DNA of 60,669 nucleotides, filler included. It is 3 parts of 3 records of this genome, joined end to end, with 100 filler letters (N's around TTAATTAATTAA, not from the genome) between each part and the next. Parts side by side here need not be neighbours in the genome. Positions count along the whole stretch, not along the records: positions 1 to 27,002 come from SRR31156797_5604; 2 more parts are not named here. The stretch is one strand, 5' to 3'. The notes under the pieces are model-generated. The model had not been told where the DNA came from, made no database searches, and saw only the letters and a list, made by a program, of their open reading frames with translations. Position numbers and translations under genes: made by a program. This document shows positions 8,869 to 19,003 of this stretch, one piece after another; positions within the stretch are counted from its first letter, which is position 1; each line of letters starts with the position of its first letter.

Positions 8869-11800
8869 ATGAACAAAGCTCCAACTCTCAACTTCTCCTT
8901 ATTTCGTACAATTTTAGTGATATTTTTACTATTGGCTTTTGTTCCCCAAATACACTCAAACACCACACACAAAACACCTCAACCAGATAAAATTAAGTTA
9001 CAATTAAAGTATTATCATCAATTTCAGTTTGCAGGATATTATGCAGCATTACACAAAGGCTATTATAGCGAAGAAGGATTAGATGTTGAACTGCTAGAGG
9101 GTGGTAATATCAATTCTATACAAATGGTACTTGAAGGTAAAGCCGATTACGGTATTGCCGCCAATGATATTTTAATTGAAAGAGTTAACAATAAACCAAT
9201 CGTTCTTTTGGCATCTATTTTCCAAAGCTCTCCTTCCATTTTCCTATCTCTAAAGGAATCGAATATTCATACGGCTCACGATTTAATAAACAAGCGGATA
9301 ATGCTATTGGATCAATTTCGTGATCCGGAATTACTTGCCATCTTCTATCAGGAAGGAATACAATTGTTTAATATTCAACGACAAACTACCTCCTACAATA
9401 TTAATGATCTGATAAATAAAAAAACGGATGCCTTAAATGCTTACTCCACAAATGAACCCTATTTTTTAGAAGAACAAAATATTCCCTATTCTATTATCTA
9501 TCCGCAGAGTTACGGAATTGATTTTTACGGAGATGGCATATTCACCAGTGAAAAAGAAATAGAAAACAACCCCAAACGCGTAGATGCATTCATTAGAGCC
9601 AGCAAAAAAGGTTGGGAATATGCACTTGCTAACTCGGAAGAAATCATCGATCTGCTAATTACCAAATATGACGTAAAAAAAAGTAAAAATCATTTAAGAT
9701 TCGAAGCCAACCAAATCAAAAAATTAATCCTGAATGAGTACGTTGAAATAGGTCATATTAATCCAGGTAGATTAGATAATATCGCAAAAATATGTGCACA
9801 AATGGGTATGATAAAACCCAATTACAATCTAGATGGATTTGTTTACCAACCCGAACAATTTAAAACACCATTCTGGTTAAAATGGACATTAATCATCATT
9901 ACTCTTATTTGTTCTATTGTTATAATTTTCTCTCTGTATTTATTTATTTTTAATCGACAACTTAAAGTGGCTGTGATGAAGCAAACCTCATCATTAAGTA
10001 TTAAAAATAAGGAGTTAGAAAATGAAATAAGTGAAAGAATAAAGACGGAGGAAGCCTTAAAAATATCGGAGAAGCGATTCCGGGAAATGATTGAAAACCT
10101 GCCATCGGGTGCGATTATTATTGAAGGAGACAAACTCTTTACCAACAAAAAGGCTTATGAAATAACTGAGTATTTAAATGAAGAAACACCTGATATTGAA
10201 TCATGGTTTGCTGCTCTTTATAAAAACAAAAAGGATGTTAATTTTCAAACCTATTTAAAAAGTAAAACTGAAAACTTTAAACTGCCAACTGTCAAGAGCA
10301 TTACGACAAAAAGTGGATTAAAAAAACATGTGGAATTTCATGCTTATAGTTTCGACAATAAAGAAATATGGCTGATGAATGACATAAGTCAAAGAATTGC
10401 AACAGAAAAAGCTCTTATTACCAGTGAATACAAACTAAGAACATATATTGATGAATCCCCAAATGGATTAGTCATTTTTAATCGAGAAACCAAAGTCTCA
10501 TTCTCAAATTTTTCTTTTACAAAACTTCTGGAATTAGAATCTGATTTGGATAAGGTTTACTACATCAGGGACTTTTTTGCTCCTATAGAAATGGAGAAAA
10601 ACATAGGTATGTTGAAACAACTCCTTACCACTGGTAAAGTTCAAGGAGAAGTAATAATCCAAACTGCAAATAAAACAACACTTCCTGTATTCATAAATGC
10701 GGTCCAACTTAATAGCAACGAGTATTTAGCATTTGTAATGGACACCTCACAAATTAAAAAAGTTGAAAATGATTTAAAATTAGCGCTGAAGAAAGCTGAA
10801 GAGAGTGATCGATTAAAATCGGCATTCTTGGCAAATATGAGTCACGAAATAAGGACTCCTATGAATGGAATTTTAGGTTTTAGCCAGCTTCTACTAAAGA
10901 ACAACTTAACTAAAGAAAAGAAAGAAAAATATGTTGACATTTTAAATCAAAATGGGAAACAATTGCTTGATATTATCAACAACATAATTGACATCTCTTA
11001 TCTGGAGGTACAGCAATTAAAAATTTTCTCTTCAATATTTTCTATCTCCAAATTATTCAATGATTTAGAAATATTATTCAAACTGGAAAAATTAAAATAC
11101 CAAAAGGAACATCTAAACATCTCATTTATAAATAATGTTTCCGAGGAATATGACCAAATTAATTCGGATTCAGGAAAAATAAAACAAGTTCTTATAAATT
11201 TGGTGAATAATGCCTTAAAGTTCACTGCTGATGGCTTCATTAAGGTAACGGTTGACCTATTCGAATCAAAACTTGTTTTTAAAGTTGAAGATAGTGGTAT
11301 TGGCATTCCGAAACACAAGGAAAATATCATTTTTGAAAGGTTTGGACAAATTGAAAATGTATATACAAAACAATTTGGCGGTGCTGGTTTAGGACTTCCA
11401 ATTTCCAAAGGATTGATTGAATTATTAGATGGAGAAATTTCTCTTTCATCAACAGTAGATAAAGGTTCTAAATTTGAATTTTTTATTCCCATTACTAAAA
11501 TAGATGTCAAAGCTCAAAATGTAGAATTAAGAACAGAGGTATTTAATTGGACTGGTAAAAAAATCCTAATCGTAGAAGATGTTGATATCAATATCAGTTA
11601 CTTTACAGAACTTTTTGAAAATACTCAAGCCGAATTGCTTATCTGTAAAAATGGGAAGGAAGCAATCGATCTGTGCGAGTCCGGACTTGAACCTGATTTA
11701 ATATTAATGGATATTCAAATGCCAGAAGTAAACGGAATTGAAGCCACTAAAACAATAAGGAAAACCCTAACAAATACACCAATCATAGCACAGACAGCAT

Positions 11801-11922
11801 ACGCATCCATCAGTGATAAAGAAAATGCAATATTAGCCGGATGCAATGATTTCTTTGCTAAACCACTGGATTCTGAAAAACTACTAATGAGAATTAATCA
11901 ATTTTTAGAAACATCAACCTGA
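8869..11922 (+). CDS. Hybrid sensor histidine kinase (NMT1/THI5-like periplasmic domain, PAS, HisKA, HATPase, REC)
   Basis: LQLKYYHQFQFAGYYAA sensor signature, TM helix, NMSHEIRTPMNGI, NLVNNALKFT, GAGLGL, LMDIQMP. Confidence 0.92.
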   Translation: MNKAPTLNFSLFRTILVIFLLLAFVPQIHSNTTHKTPQPDKIKLQLKYYHQFQFAGYYAALHKGYYSEEGLDVELLEGGNINSIQMVLEGKADYGIAANDILIERVNNKPIVLLASIFQSSPSIFLSLKESNIHTAHDLINKRIMLLDQFRDPELLAIFYQEGIQLFNIQRQTTSYNINDLINKKTDALNAYSTNEPYFLEEQNIPYSIIYPQSYGIDFYGDGIFTSEKEIENNPKRVDAFIRASKKGWEYALANSEEIIDLLITKYDVKKSKNHLRFEANQIKKLILNEYVEIGHINPGRLDNIAKICAQMGMIKPNYNLDGFVYQPEQFKTPFWLKWTLIIITLICSIVIIFSLYLFIFNRQLKVAVMKQTSSLSIKNKELENEISERIKTEEALKISEKRFREMIENLPSGAIIIEGDKLFTNKKAYEITEYLNEETPDIESWFAALYKNKKDVNFQTYLKSKTENFKLPTVKSITTKSGLKKHVEFHAYSFDNKEIWLMNDISQRIATEKALITSEYKLRTYIDESPNGLVIFNRETKVSFSNFSFTKLLELESDLDKVYYIRDFFAPIEMEKNIGMLKQLLTTGKVQGEVIIQTANKTTLPVFINAVQLNSNEYLAFVMDTSQIKKVENDLKLALKKAEESDRLKSAFLANMSHEIRTPMNGILGFSQLLLKNNLTKEKKEKYVDILNQNGKQLLDIINNIIDISYLEVQQLKIFSSIFSISKLFNDLEILFKLEKLKYQKEHLNISFINNVSEEYDQINSDSGKIKQVLINLVNNALKFTADGFIKVTVDLFESKLVFKVEDSGIGIPKHKENIIFERFGQIENVYTKQFGGAGLGLPISKGLIELLDGEISLSSTVDKGSKFEFFIPITKIDVKAQNVELRTEVFNWTGKKILIVEDVDINISYFTELFENTQAELLICKNGKEAIDLCESGLEPDLILMDIQMPEVNGIEATKTIRKTLTNTPIIAQTAYASISDKENAILAGCNDFFAKPLDSEKLLMRINQFLETST

Positions 11923-13367
11923 AGTTTTCGCTGCTTTTTCTCTTTGCGGTGCTTGAATCCTTTACGCTCCATTTTACCCCATTTTCTATTACCCATGGCA
12001 TACTGAATGTTCCCCTTAATAGAAAAAAACAAACAAATTGGGTGCAATAAAAATGGCTCTAAAACAGCGGCAATCCATAATTTAAAAACATCTCCTTTTC
12101 GTTCGTAACGATGAAAAGTTAATTCTTCATACAAAATAGCCCAAGTGGTAAAAAACAAGGCAAACGTATAAACAAAAAGAAATGTGATTAAAATAAAATT
12201 AAGGCTTAAATTTCCCGTTGCATATAAAACAATGGCATAAATTATACCTATCAACTCAACAATTGGCGCTAACCATTCGAAGATAAACCAAAATGGATAT
12301 CCCATCATACCCATGGCTCCATAACGAGGAGAAAAAAATATTTTAGAATGATCGGTAAGCGTTTCAATCGTACCTCGAGTCCATCTACTTCGCTGACGTC
12401 CGAAAGTCCCTAAATCCACCGGAGCTTCAGTCCAACACAAAGGATCAGGTACATACTCTATCTTATATTTCTCACGTTGTTCCGACATGTAACGACGAAT
12501 GCGAACCACCAATTCCATATCTTCACCAATAGTATGTGCATAGCCTCCACTCTGAACAACGACATCACGATCGAACATTCCCATGGCTCCTGAAATAATG
12601 ATTAAACCATCTAATTTTGCCCATGCCATTCTACCCATTAAAAATGAACGAGTATACTCCAACACTTGCATCCTGGCTAGCAAATTACGTGGCACTCTAA
12701 CTTCAGATATTCGACCATCCTCAACAATACATGAGTTTACAATACGTACCACACCTCCTGCTGCAATCACTCTTCTATCGGTACGCTCTAAAAATGGCTT
12801 AACCAATTTTAAAACAGCATCGGGTTCAAGTATTGAATCAGCATCAATCGCCATAAACAGATCACGGTCGGAAATGTTAATTCCAGCATTTAAAGCATCA
12901 GCTTTTCCACCATTTTCTTTATCTACAACAATTAAATTGGAATAAGAATTTAACTTCGACTTGTATACACCTCTAATTTCTTGTGTAGGTACTTCAATAT
13001 TCACAGCGAAATTTACTTTCTCCAATTTGAAGGCTTCCTCCAACTCTTCAAAGGTTGAATCTGTGCTTCCATCGTTGATTACAATTACGTCAAAATTATT
13101 GTAATGTATGGTATAAATGGACTCCACATTATCTACTATAGTTTTGGCTTCGTTAAAAGCTGGAACCAATACAGAAACCGAAGGTGCCAAAGGCGAATCC
13201 AGAATTACACTGTAATCCACGAAGCTATTTTTTTTCAGATAATGCCTCAATGAAATTCCAGAAATTATACTCAAAGCCGTATAACTGAATATCAAAAGAA
13301 ATGCATAAGATATGAATATCTTATCCAAAAAATAACTTATAAACCTTATCAACTCGTCGTAATTCAT
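11898..13367 (-). CDS. Membrane glycosyltransferase family 2 (processive synthase-like)
   Basis: VPAFNE, INDGSTD, GGKADALNAG, IDADS, GEDMEL, QRSRW; N- and C-terminal TM helices. Confidence 0.92.
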   Translation of the reverse strand: MNYDELIRFISYFLDKIFISYAFLLIFSYTALSIISGISLRHYLKKNSFVDYSVILDSPLAPSVSVLVPAFNEAKTIVDNVESIYTIHYNNFDVIVINDGSTDSTFEELEEAFKLEKVNFAVNIEVPTQEIRGVYKSKLNSYSNLIVVDKENGGKADALNAGINISDRDLFMAIDADSILEPDAVLKLVKPFLERTDRRVIAAGGVVRIVNSCIVEDGRISEVRVPRNLLARMQVLEYTRSFLMGRMAWAKLDGLIIISGAMGMFDRDVVVQSGGYAHTIGEDMELVVRIRRYMSEQREKYKIEYVPDPLCWTEAPVDLGTFGRQRSRWTRGTIETLTDHSKIFFSPRYGAMGMMGYPFWFIFEWLAPIVELIGIIYAIVLYATGNLSLNFILITFLFVYTFALFFTTWAILYEELTFHRYERKGDVFKLWIAAVLEPFLLHPICLFFSIKGNIQYAMGNRKWGKMERKGFKHRKEKKQRKLQVDVSKN

Positions 13368-14563
13368 ATTCTAGGATCTAACACATGGTTTATAATGGAC
13401 TTTAACTGCTCATCAGCATCTTCCAATTTTTCTTTTAACTTATTTACTCCAAACTCACCAATCATTGCTATGGATTTACAAGCCTCCATTTGAATTTTAA
13501 ACTCCTCATCGTTTAATTTATCTAATAAGAAATTGATCTCACTTTCCATTCCCAATTTCCCAATGGAACGAATGATATTCAACTGATTGGGCAACTCCTC
13601 TAAAACAAATATTTCTTTCAATTTACTTACCGCATCTCTATTTTCCAGATCAATAAGAGTTTTTATCACCTTTCCTTTAACCAAGTCGTTATCATGATCA
13701 ATTAACTCCATAACCTTTGCTGCAGCTTCCTTTTGTTTCAATACACGAATCATATCCAAGCAAAACATTACAACAGAGTCATTCCAATGATCTAACCAAA
13801 GATGAAATTCAGGAATCTCTATCCGATTCTTACGAATTAAATCGAAAACATTTATTTGCTCCCAAACCGTAAAAGGCTTTTCCTGAGAATCGAGAAAAGC
13901 AAAGGGCACAAAAGGCAACAACTTTATCAATCCCATTTGAGATTCAATTCGCAACACTTCATTCGACTTTTGCTGAAACCCCATAATTCTTCTGTTCTCA
14001 GATTTCACCCTCATATGACTCAGTTCCCGAATACCAAATATTTTTTTATTCCAAGCCCTTCTATTCAACTTCTTAACTGAATCTCTATCTAACTTCAATT
14101 CCGTATAAAGCATTCGAATTTTGTCACTCACCTCTTTGTTCTCAGCTTTATCAATCGACATTAAAACATGAATCATTACATTTCGATGAAATGTCTTTGA
14201 TTCTAAACCTTTTAATTCTTTAATATCTTCTTTGGATTGGTTTCCTATTAAAAAGCCAATTACGTATTGCGAATATTTTTTATACAATTCATTGTATTTA
14301 CTCTTTCTATAGGCAATGTAAAGCTTCGATATCAAAATCGAAGGCAACAAAATCAGCAGTGAAAAGAAGAATATCAAGATTAAATAAACAATTAGTCTAT
14401 TTAACGCATTGTAAGGTAATCTTTCAAAGGTAAAATTCAAGATTCCTTTTATCGAATCGATTATTCCTTCAAAAAAATCGAACACAATAAAACACGTATC
14501 AGGGAGCATGCTAATTACCTCCTGAAGATCAAAATGGCTGATATGTTCTAATAGTAAAGACAT
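13364..14563 (-). CDS. Membrane-anchored HEAT-repeat protein
   Basis: One TM segment followed by helical repeats (..LLDKLNDEEFKIQMEACKSI..); overlaps the GT2 start by 4 bp. True start uncertain. Confidence 0.75.
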   Translation of the reverse strand: MSLLLEHISHFDLQEVISMLPDTCFIVFDFFEGIIDSIKGILNFTFERLPYNALNRLIVYLILIFFFSLLILLPSILISKLYIAYRKSKYNELYKKYSQYVIGFLIGNQSKEDIKELKGLESKTFHRNVMIHVLMSIDKAENKEVSDKIRMLYTELKLDRDSVKKLNRRAWNKKIFGIRELSHMRVKSENRRIMGFQQKSNEVLRIESQMGLIKLLPFVPFAFLDSQEKPFTVWEQINVFDLIRKNRIEIPEFHLWLDHWNDSVVMFCLDMIRVLKQKEAAAKVMELIDHDNDLVKGKVIKTLIDLENRDAVSKLKEIFVLEELPNQLNIIRSIGKLGMESEINFLLDKLNDEEFKIQMEACKSIAMIGEFGVNKLKEKLEDADEQLKSIINHVLDPRI

Positions 14564-14564
14564 C

Positions 14565-15857
14565 TTAATCTCTCTTCTCCTTTTTTAATTTTAACTCCAA
14601 TCTTACTGCTTCAAGTCTCTTTCGAACAAATGGTTTTAAGCCTGGAATAAAAGCTCCTGGATCTAAAACATCCCCCAAAGCCGTATTCAAATTATCATCA
14701 AATTCTGTATTTGTATACATCTTATGATTGTCGGCATAAACATGCTTTTTAATTCTTATCGAGAGTCTATCAATTTCATTATTGATATCCTTCTCAATAT
14801 TCTTCCTATGTAGTAATTCCTTGATATATCCGCTGTAAAATTCCCGGTACTTTTTCACACCAAATAATGTTCTCAAGAGAGGAACATCATGATTATTTTT
14901 GATATAAAACACACTCAAATTTTCCGCCTCGCTTAAAGTAAATACAGAACTAAAAGCACAAAACGAATAGTTTGCATCGTATGGAATCCACTCAAACTTT
15001 TTCGTACTGGTATTTTTATAGAGATAATAATTGTGTCGATGCAATAGATTATAGGAATCAACATTCATAAACAGAGATGTTATTGCAAAAATCTTTAAAC
15101 AATCCTCTACATTAAAAACACTTTCAAGATCTCCCTGATCATTCGATATTCTAATCAAATCAATCAATTCAGAATATCCTTCTATAGATTTTGTTTTATT
15201 CTTATAGTCGCTTTGGTACTCCAAAATATTTTCACCCATATATTTAAAGGTGGCCTTAGGTTCGCCCTTAAAAAACCAACCTTTTTTGTTTCCAAAATTG
15301 TGTTTCAAAAATCCTCTATTTATTTCTTCAACCAATACATATAATCCCAACAATTCGTTGTTTAAATAGACATTTGCATAAGCACATCTTGGAGCGGCAA
15401 TTTTTTCCGAACGTAAGAAATCCAAAAAAAGTTTTTCACGCATAAAGCTTGGATCTCTAAATGCATTGTTCAGGTTTATCGTTTTTAATCCATTTAGCTT
15501 TTGCTTTTTAACAAATTCTCCAAAATTAATTTTCAATGATTTTTTCTTCCCGGGATAAAAATCATAAGATGACTCCCCCTTTATTCTCACACCACATGAA
15601 TAATAAGTTTTCCCATTCACCTCAACATTTCCCTGGAGATATCTTTTGATATTTAAAGAATCTCTCATTTCCTTGTGTTGAATCAAGCTATCCCATGCAG
15701 CGTTCTGCAGAAAATTAATTCGAATCTCATGTACTTTCTCCGTATCAAATATTTCACTACCAGGTATATTTTTCCCTTCATCCTTCGGCTGCTGTGAATA
15801 AGCATTAGAAACAAAAACACATAGTAAAACTGATATGAATAGAATTTTCCGCCTCAT
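14565..15857 (-). CDS. Secreted CotH-family kinase
   Basis: Signal peptide; RIKGESS, KKSLKINF, NLNNAFRDPSFMRE, GLYVLVEE, DSY..HNYYLY, WIPYDANYSF. Confidence 0.88.
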   Translation of the reverse strand: MRRKILFISVLLCVFVSNAYSQQPKDEGKNIPGSEIFDTEKVHEIRINFLQNAAWDSLIQHKEMRDSLNIKRYLQGNVEVNGKTYYSCGVRIKGESSYDFYPGKKKSLKINFGEFVKKQKLNGLKTINLNNAFRDPSFMREKLFLDFLRSEKIAAPRCAYANVYLNNELLGLYVLVEEINRGFLKHNFGNKKGWFFKGEPKATFKYMGENILEYQSDYKNKTKSIEGYSELIDLIRISNDQGDLESVFNVEDCLKIFAITSLFMNVDSYNLLHRHNYYLYKNTSTKKFEWIPYDANYSFCAFSSVFTLSEAENLSVFYIKNNHDVPLLRTLFGVKKYREFYSGYIKELLHRKNIEKDINNEIDRLSIRIKKHVYADNHKMYTNTEFDDNLNTALGDVLDPGAFIPGLKPFVRKRLEAVRLELKLKKEKRD

Positions 15858-15859
15858 CC

Positions 15860-16531
15860 TTATAAATTGTATGAGAGTTTAATTGACAAACTCAAGATAT
15901 TCCTATTGTCATTAAGCCTATATTCCTCTTTTTCTATTCCTGCACGCAACAAATAAGTACATCGTTTATCTAAGAATTGATCCTGATAAGCCAACCTTAA
16001 CTTGTAGCTATCGGATGTATAGGTTTCAAAATTTGAGGTATTTCCACGAAACTCATCCGGAGAAGTTCCCAATCCAACTTCCACTCCGATGTATTGCTTA
16101 GCATCACTCAAATATCTTCTTGTGGTAAACAGAAATGATTTTGATACTTTACTGTTTTTAGGGGTAAAATAGCCACGAAGAGAAAACCAATAATTTCGAT
16201 AGTATTTTCCTATAGATCCTGTATAGATGTATACATTTTTACTTCCGCTACTGCCATTAAATTTCATAAATCGAATTCCTGCTGAGGCTTCAAATTTCGA
16301 AGGCAATTTCTGATACCATTCCGCACCGGCTCTGTGTTCTGGAAATAAATTATCCGGCGAATAACCATAATTTAAGTACATATAACTCGTTCTGGTTACA
16401 CGAGGATATGCATCCAATTCAAATTGTTTGGAAACTTCTTTCGACCATAAACTTTCGCCACCTGAAACCAAATCTCCAACATTCACTTTTCCTATTAAAC
16501 TACCCCATGAATTCTTTCTACTTACTTGCAA
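15860..16531 (-). CDS. YaiO-family outer-membrane beta-barrel (C-terminal part of interrupted gene)
   Basis: ELDAYP, YMYLNYGYS, LFPEHRAGAE, YTGSIGKYYRNYW, GTSPDE; in frame with the upstream TPR ORF. Confidence 0.8.
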   Translation of the reverse strand: MQVSRKNSWGSLIGKVNVGDLVSGGESLWSKEVSKQFELDAYPRVTRTSYMYLNYGYSPDNLFPEHRAGAEWYQKLPSKFEASAGIRFMKFNGSSGSKNVYIYTGSIGKYYRNYWFSLRGYFTPKNSKVSKSFLFTTRRYLSDAKQYIGVEVGLGTSPDEFRGNTSNFETYTSDSYKLRLAYQDQFLDKRCTYLLRAGIEKEEYRLNDNRNILSLSIKLSYNL

Positions 16532-16549
16532 TGATGTGACATGCCATCT

Positions 16550-17158
16550 TCAAATATATGGCTCCTTGAAGTGTTCGAAATCGTGTTTTAAAGCCAATGT
16601 ATATCTTCGTGATCCAGATTTATACTTCTTGAATAATCTTATTCCCTCACTACTTGCGGGGTTTATTTCTAACAATTCATTTATTGCTTGCAGCGATTTA
16701 CTTTCCAAACCTTTATCCTGCAGCAATCCAATTTTCTTGATAATAATTTTCTCCTCTCTAGGATAAAATGATAATCCATAATCGCAATAATACAATGCCT
16801 TGGAAAGCTCTCCCGACCATTTTTCACAATCTATACTAGCCAGAATAGCGTCTTTATTATCAAAATCCAGATCTAAAACCTTTTGCAATTCAAGTCTGGC
16901 TTCATCATATTTTTTATCCCAGGAAAACGTTCTTCCAATTAGAATTCGTGCAGGAGTAAAATTCGGCTTCTCTTTGAGTAAGGCATAACAAATTGCTCTG
17001 GCATCTTCCCTTTGTCCATTAAAAGCTAATTCTCTGGCTTTAGAAAACTCATTTTTGAAATTCTTAACACCAGGCATAGCATTTTCCTGAGCAAAAGAAA
17101 CATCCATTTGCACTACGGAAAAAACAATTGTAAATATGAGAGTATAAATTTTTATCAT
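16550..17158 (-). CDS. Signal peptide + TPR repeats (N-terminal part of interrupted gene)
   Basis: ARELAFNG..ARILIGRTFSWDKKYDEAR helical repeats typical of the N-terminus of YaiO-type proteins. Confidence 0.75.
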   Translation of the reverse strand: MIKIYTLIFTIVFSVVQMDVSFAQENAMPGVKNFKNEFSKARELAFNGQREDARAICYALLKEKPNFTPARILIGRTFSWDKKYDEARLELQKVLDLDFDNKDAILASIDCEKWSGELSKALYYCDYGLSFYPREEKIIIKKIGLLQDKGLESKSLQAINELLEINPASSEGIRLFKKYKSGSRRYTLALKHDFEHFKEPYI

Positions 17159-17176
17159 ATAATCGAATTGACTTAT

Positions 17177-18349
17177 TTAATCTGCATAATTCATTTTATT
17201 TGCACTTCGCAACGAAATACTATCCATAACCGTCCCCATAAATGGGCGATAGTATTTCCAAAAGAACATTTTTCTATCCTTTACTTGATTCGGACTATAG
17301 AAAGCCCCACTTAATTTTTCAATTCCGTCAAAATATGAAGAATAAATCCCCATGTTGTTATCTGAAAAATCACAGGCGAAATAAAGAAAATTATAATCTT
17401 TTTCGTGTTCTATAATTGCAGGGAAAGTACTTGGTATATTCAAAGAATCCAGCAAACTTTTTCCATTCTTATTCACATCTAAATTAAAATTGGCAAGAAC
17501 ATGATTTCGTGAATCCGTTGAGTTAATATCAAACCAAAAGGGATAATAAATTTCTTCAGGAACATTGTATTCCAATTGAGTGCTTAATTCGCTTTTTAAA
17601 ATAGGAAAACGAGTATTTAAGTGCCTATCCTCTTCTAAAATTACAATTCGCTCTCTGTTGTCGACCAATACAATTCCTCCTTTTTTAAAATCATATTCTT
17701 CTTTATAATTCTTTTGATACAAGTCCGGAACCCATTTCGGAATTTCGGGATCCAATAGCGTATCAAGCGTATGGTAATATTTACCAACCCATCCACTCCA
17801 TTTGACACCAAACAATTGCTCCGTCTGTTTTCGCAATACTGGTGAGGTTGGCGATGCAAACAAATTAAATTCTGCAATTATCGTTTTTCCTTTCCGCTTT
17901 AACTCTCTTAATAAATTAAATTCTTCTGACTGTAACCCCCCATAAAATAAAGAGATCGTATCTTTTCCATAGTCGGGATGATCTTTCCAATTGGAATTGT
18001 AAATTCCATATGTATCCGCAAAAAAAACAACATCCAAAGAATCTGCCATCTCAACAATAGCATCCTTTCCAAACAATTTTAAATCCTTAATAAAGTAATC
18101 CCCTTTCTCATCTGGGTGAAAACCTAAAAAATCAACAGCATAATTATACTCTTCACCATTCTTTTTTACCCATTTGTTCTGATTGGCAACCCAGAAAAAA
18201 GAAAGATGTTCTGAAAAGTTTTTATCCGGTGTTGTTTTATCAATCACCAAAAGATTTATCGGAATGTTTTTTTTAAGTTTCCAGCTAATCCATGATACTA
18301 CAGGAATCAGTAAAAACAATAAAATTAACACTCGTAATAGCTTCCACAT
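17177..18349 (-). CDS. Membrane-anchored protein of unknown function, first gene of the GT2/YaiO operon
   Basis: 390-aa ORF with one N-terminal TM helix, co-oriented and closely spaced with downstream genes. Confidence 0.75.
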   Translation of the reverse strand: MWKLLRVLILLFLLIPVVSWISWKLKKNIPINLLVIDKTTPDKNFSEHLSFFWVANQNKWVKKNGEEYNYAVDFLGFHPDEKGDYFIKDLKLFGKDAIVEMADSLDVVFFADTYGIYNSNWKDHPDYGKDTISLFYGGLQSEEFNLLRELKRKGKTIIAEFNLFASPTSPVLRKQTEQLFGVKWSGWVGKYYHTLDTLLDPEIPKWVPDLYQKNYKEEYDFKKGGIVLVDNRERIVILEEDRHLNTRFPILKSELSTQLEYNVPEEIYYPFWFDINSTDSRNHVLANFNLDVNKNGKSLLDSLNIPSTFPAIIEHEKDYNFLYFACDFSDNNMGIYSSYFDGIEKLSGAFYSPNQVKDRKMFFWKYYRPFMGTVMDSISLRSANKMNYAD

Positions 18350-18549
18350 TCGCTTTTTTACTTTAAATTACTTATTATTCACCTTTATAACGGTGATACC
18401 TATAAATAAGTTATATTTTTTTGATAAGTATTTTTAATTGCTCCATATAAAGCTCTATTTCATATTCGACTGAAATGAGGTATTTTTTCAAAAATCCTCT
18501 TTTTTATTTGAAAACAACATTTTGATATATTAATTATATTTAATCATCC

Positions 18550-18999
18550 ATGAAGCATATTTCAATTCAAATTCTGTTCGTAATATTTATCGCTTCTTTT
18601 TTATCGATAAATTGTAGTGCTCAAAACTCTAATAATGACAAAATCAATACAGAAATGAGTCAATCAAATAAACTCGCTGTACTTTGGACAAGTGCGGATA
18701 AAGATGTTGCAGAAAAAATGGTATATATGTATACCTATAATGCAGCAAAACAAGAATGGTGGGATGAAGTCGTATTTATAATTTGGGGTCCCTCCTCTAA
18801 ACTTTTGAGTGAAGATAAAGACTTACAAGTTTACTTAAAAAAAATGCAACAAGTTGGCGTTAAACTCTATGCTTGTAAAGCCTGTGCTGACATGTATGGT
18901 GTTTCCAAAAAGTTAGAAAGCCTTGGAATTGAAGTAAAATATATGGGACAAGACCTAAGTGAGTATTTAAAAACAGATTATAAAGTAATAACTTTTTAA
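18550..18999 (+). CDS. DsrE-family protein
   Basis: VLWTS.DK, WWDEVVFIIWGPS, ACKACADMYGV; N-terminal signal-peptide-like extension. Confidence 0.8.
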   Translation: MKHISIQILFVIFIASFLSINCSAQNSNNDKINTEMSQSNKLAVLWTSADKDVAEKMVYMYTYNAAKQEWWDEVVFIIWGPSSKLLSEDKDLQVYLKKMQQVGVKLYACKACADMYGVSKKLESLGIEVKYMGQDLSEYLKTDYKVITF

Positions 19000-19003
19000 G
19001 AAT

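Larger units (their letters stand above)
15860..17158 (-). pseudogene. TPR + YaiO porin gene interrupted by a single in-frame TGA at 16550-16552
   Basis: Reads ...FKEPYI-TGA-RWHVTSLQVSRK...; the 18-bp gap between the two ORFs keeps the frame. Confidence 0.75.

Noticed and set aside
16550-16552. Selenocysteine or genetic-code reassignment of TGA
   Set aside because: The position is not a redox Cys site, and TGA ends other genes normally (e.g. 13364, 48830).
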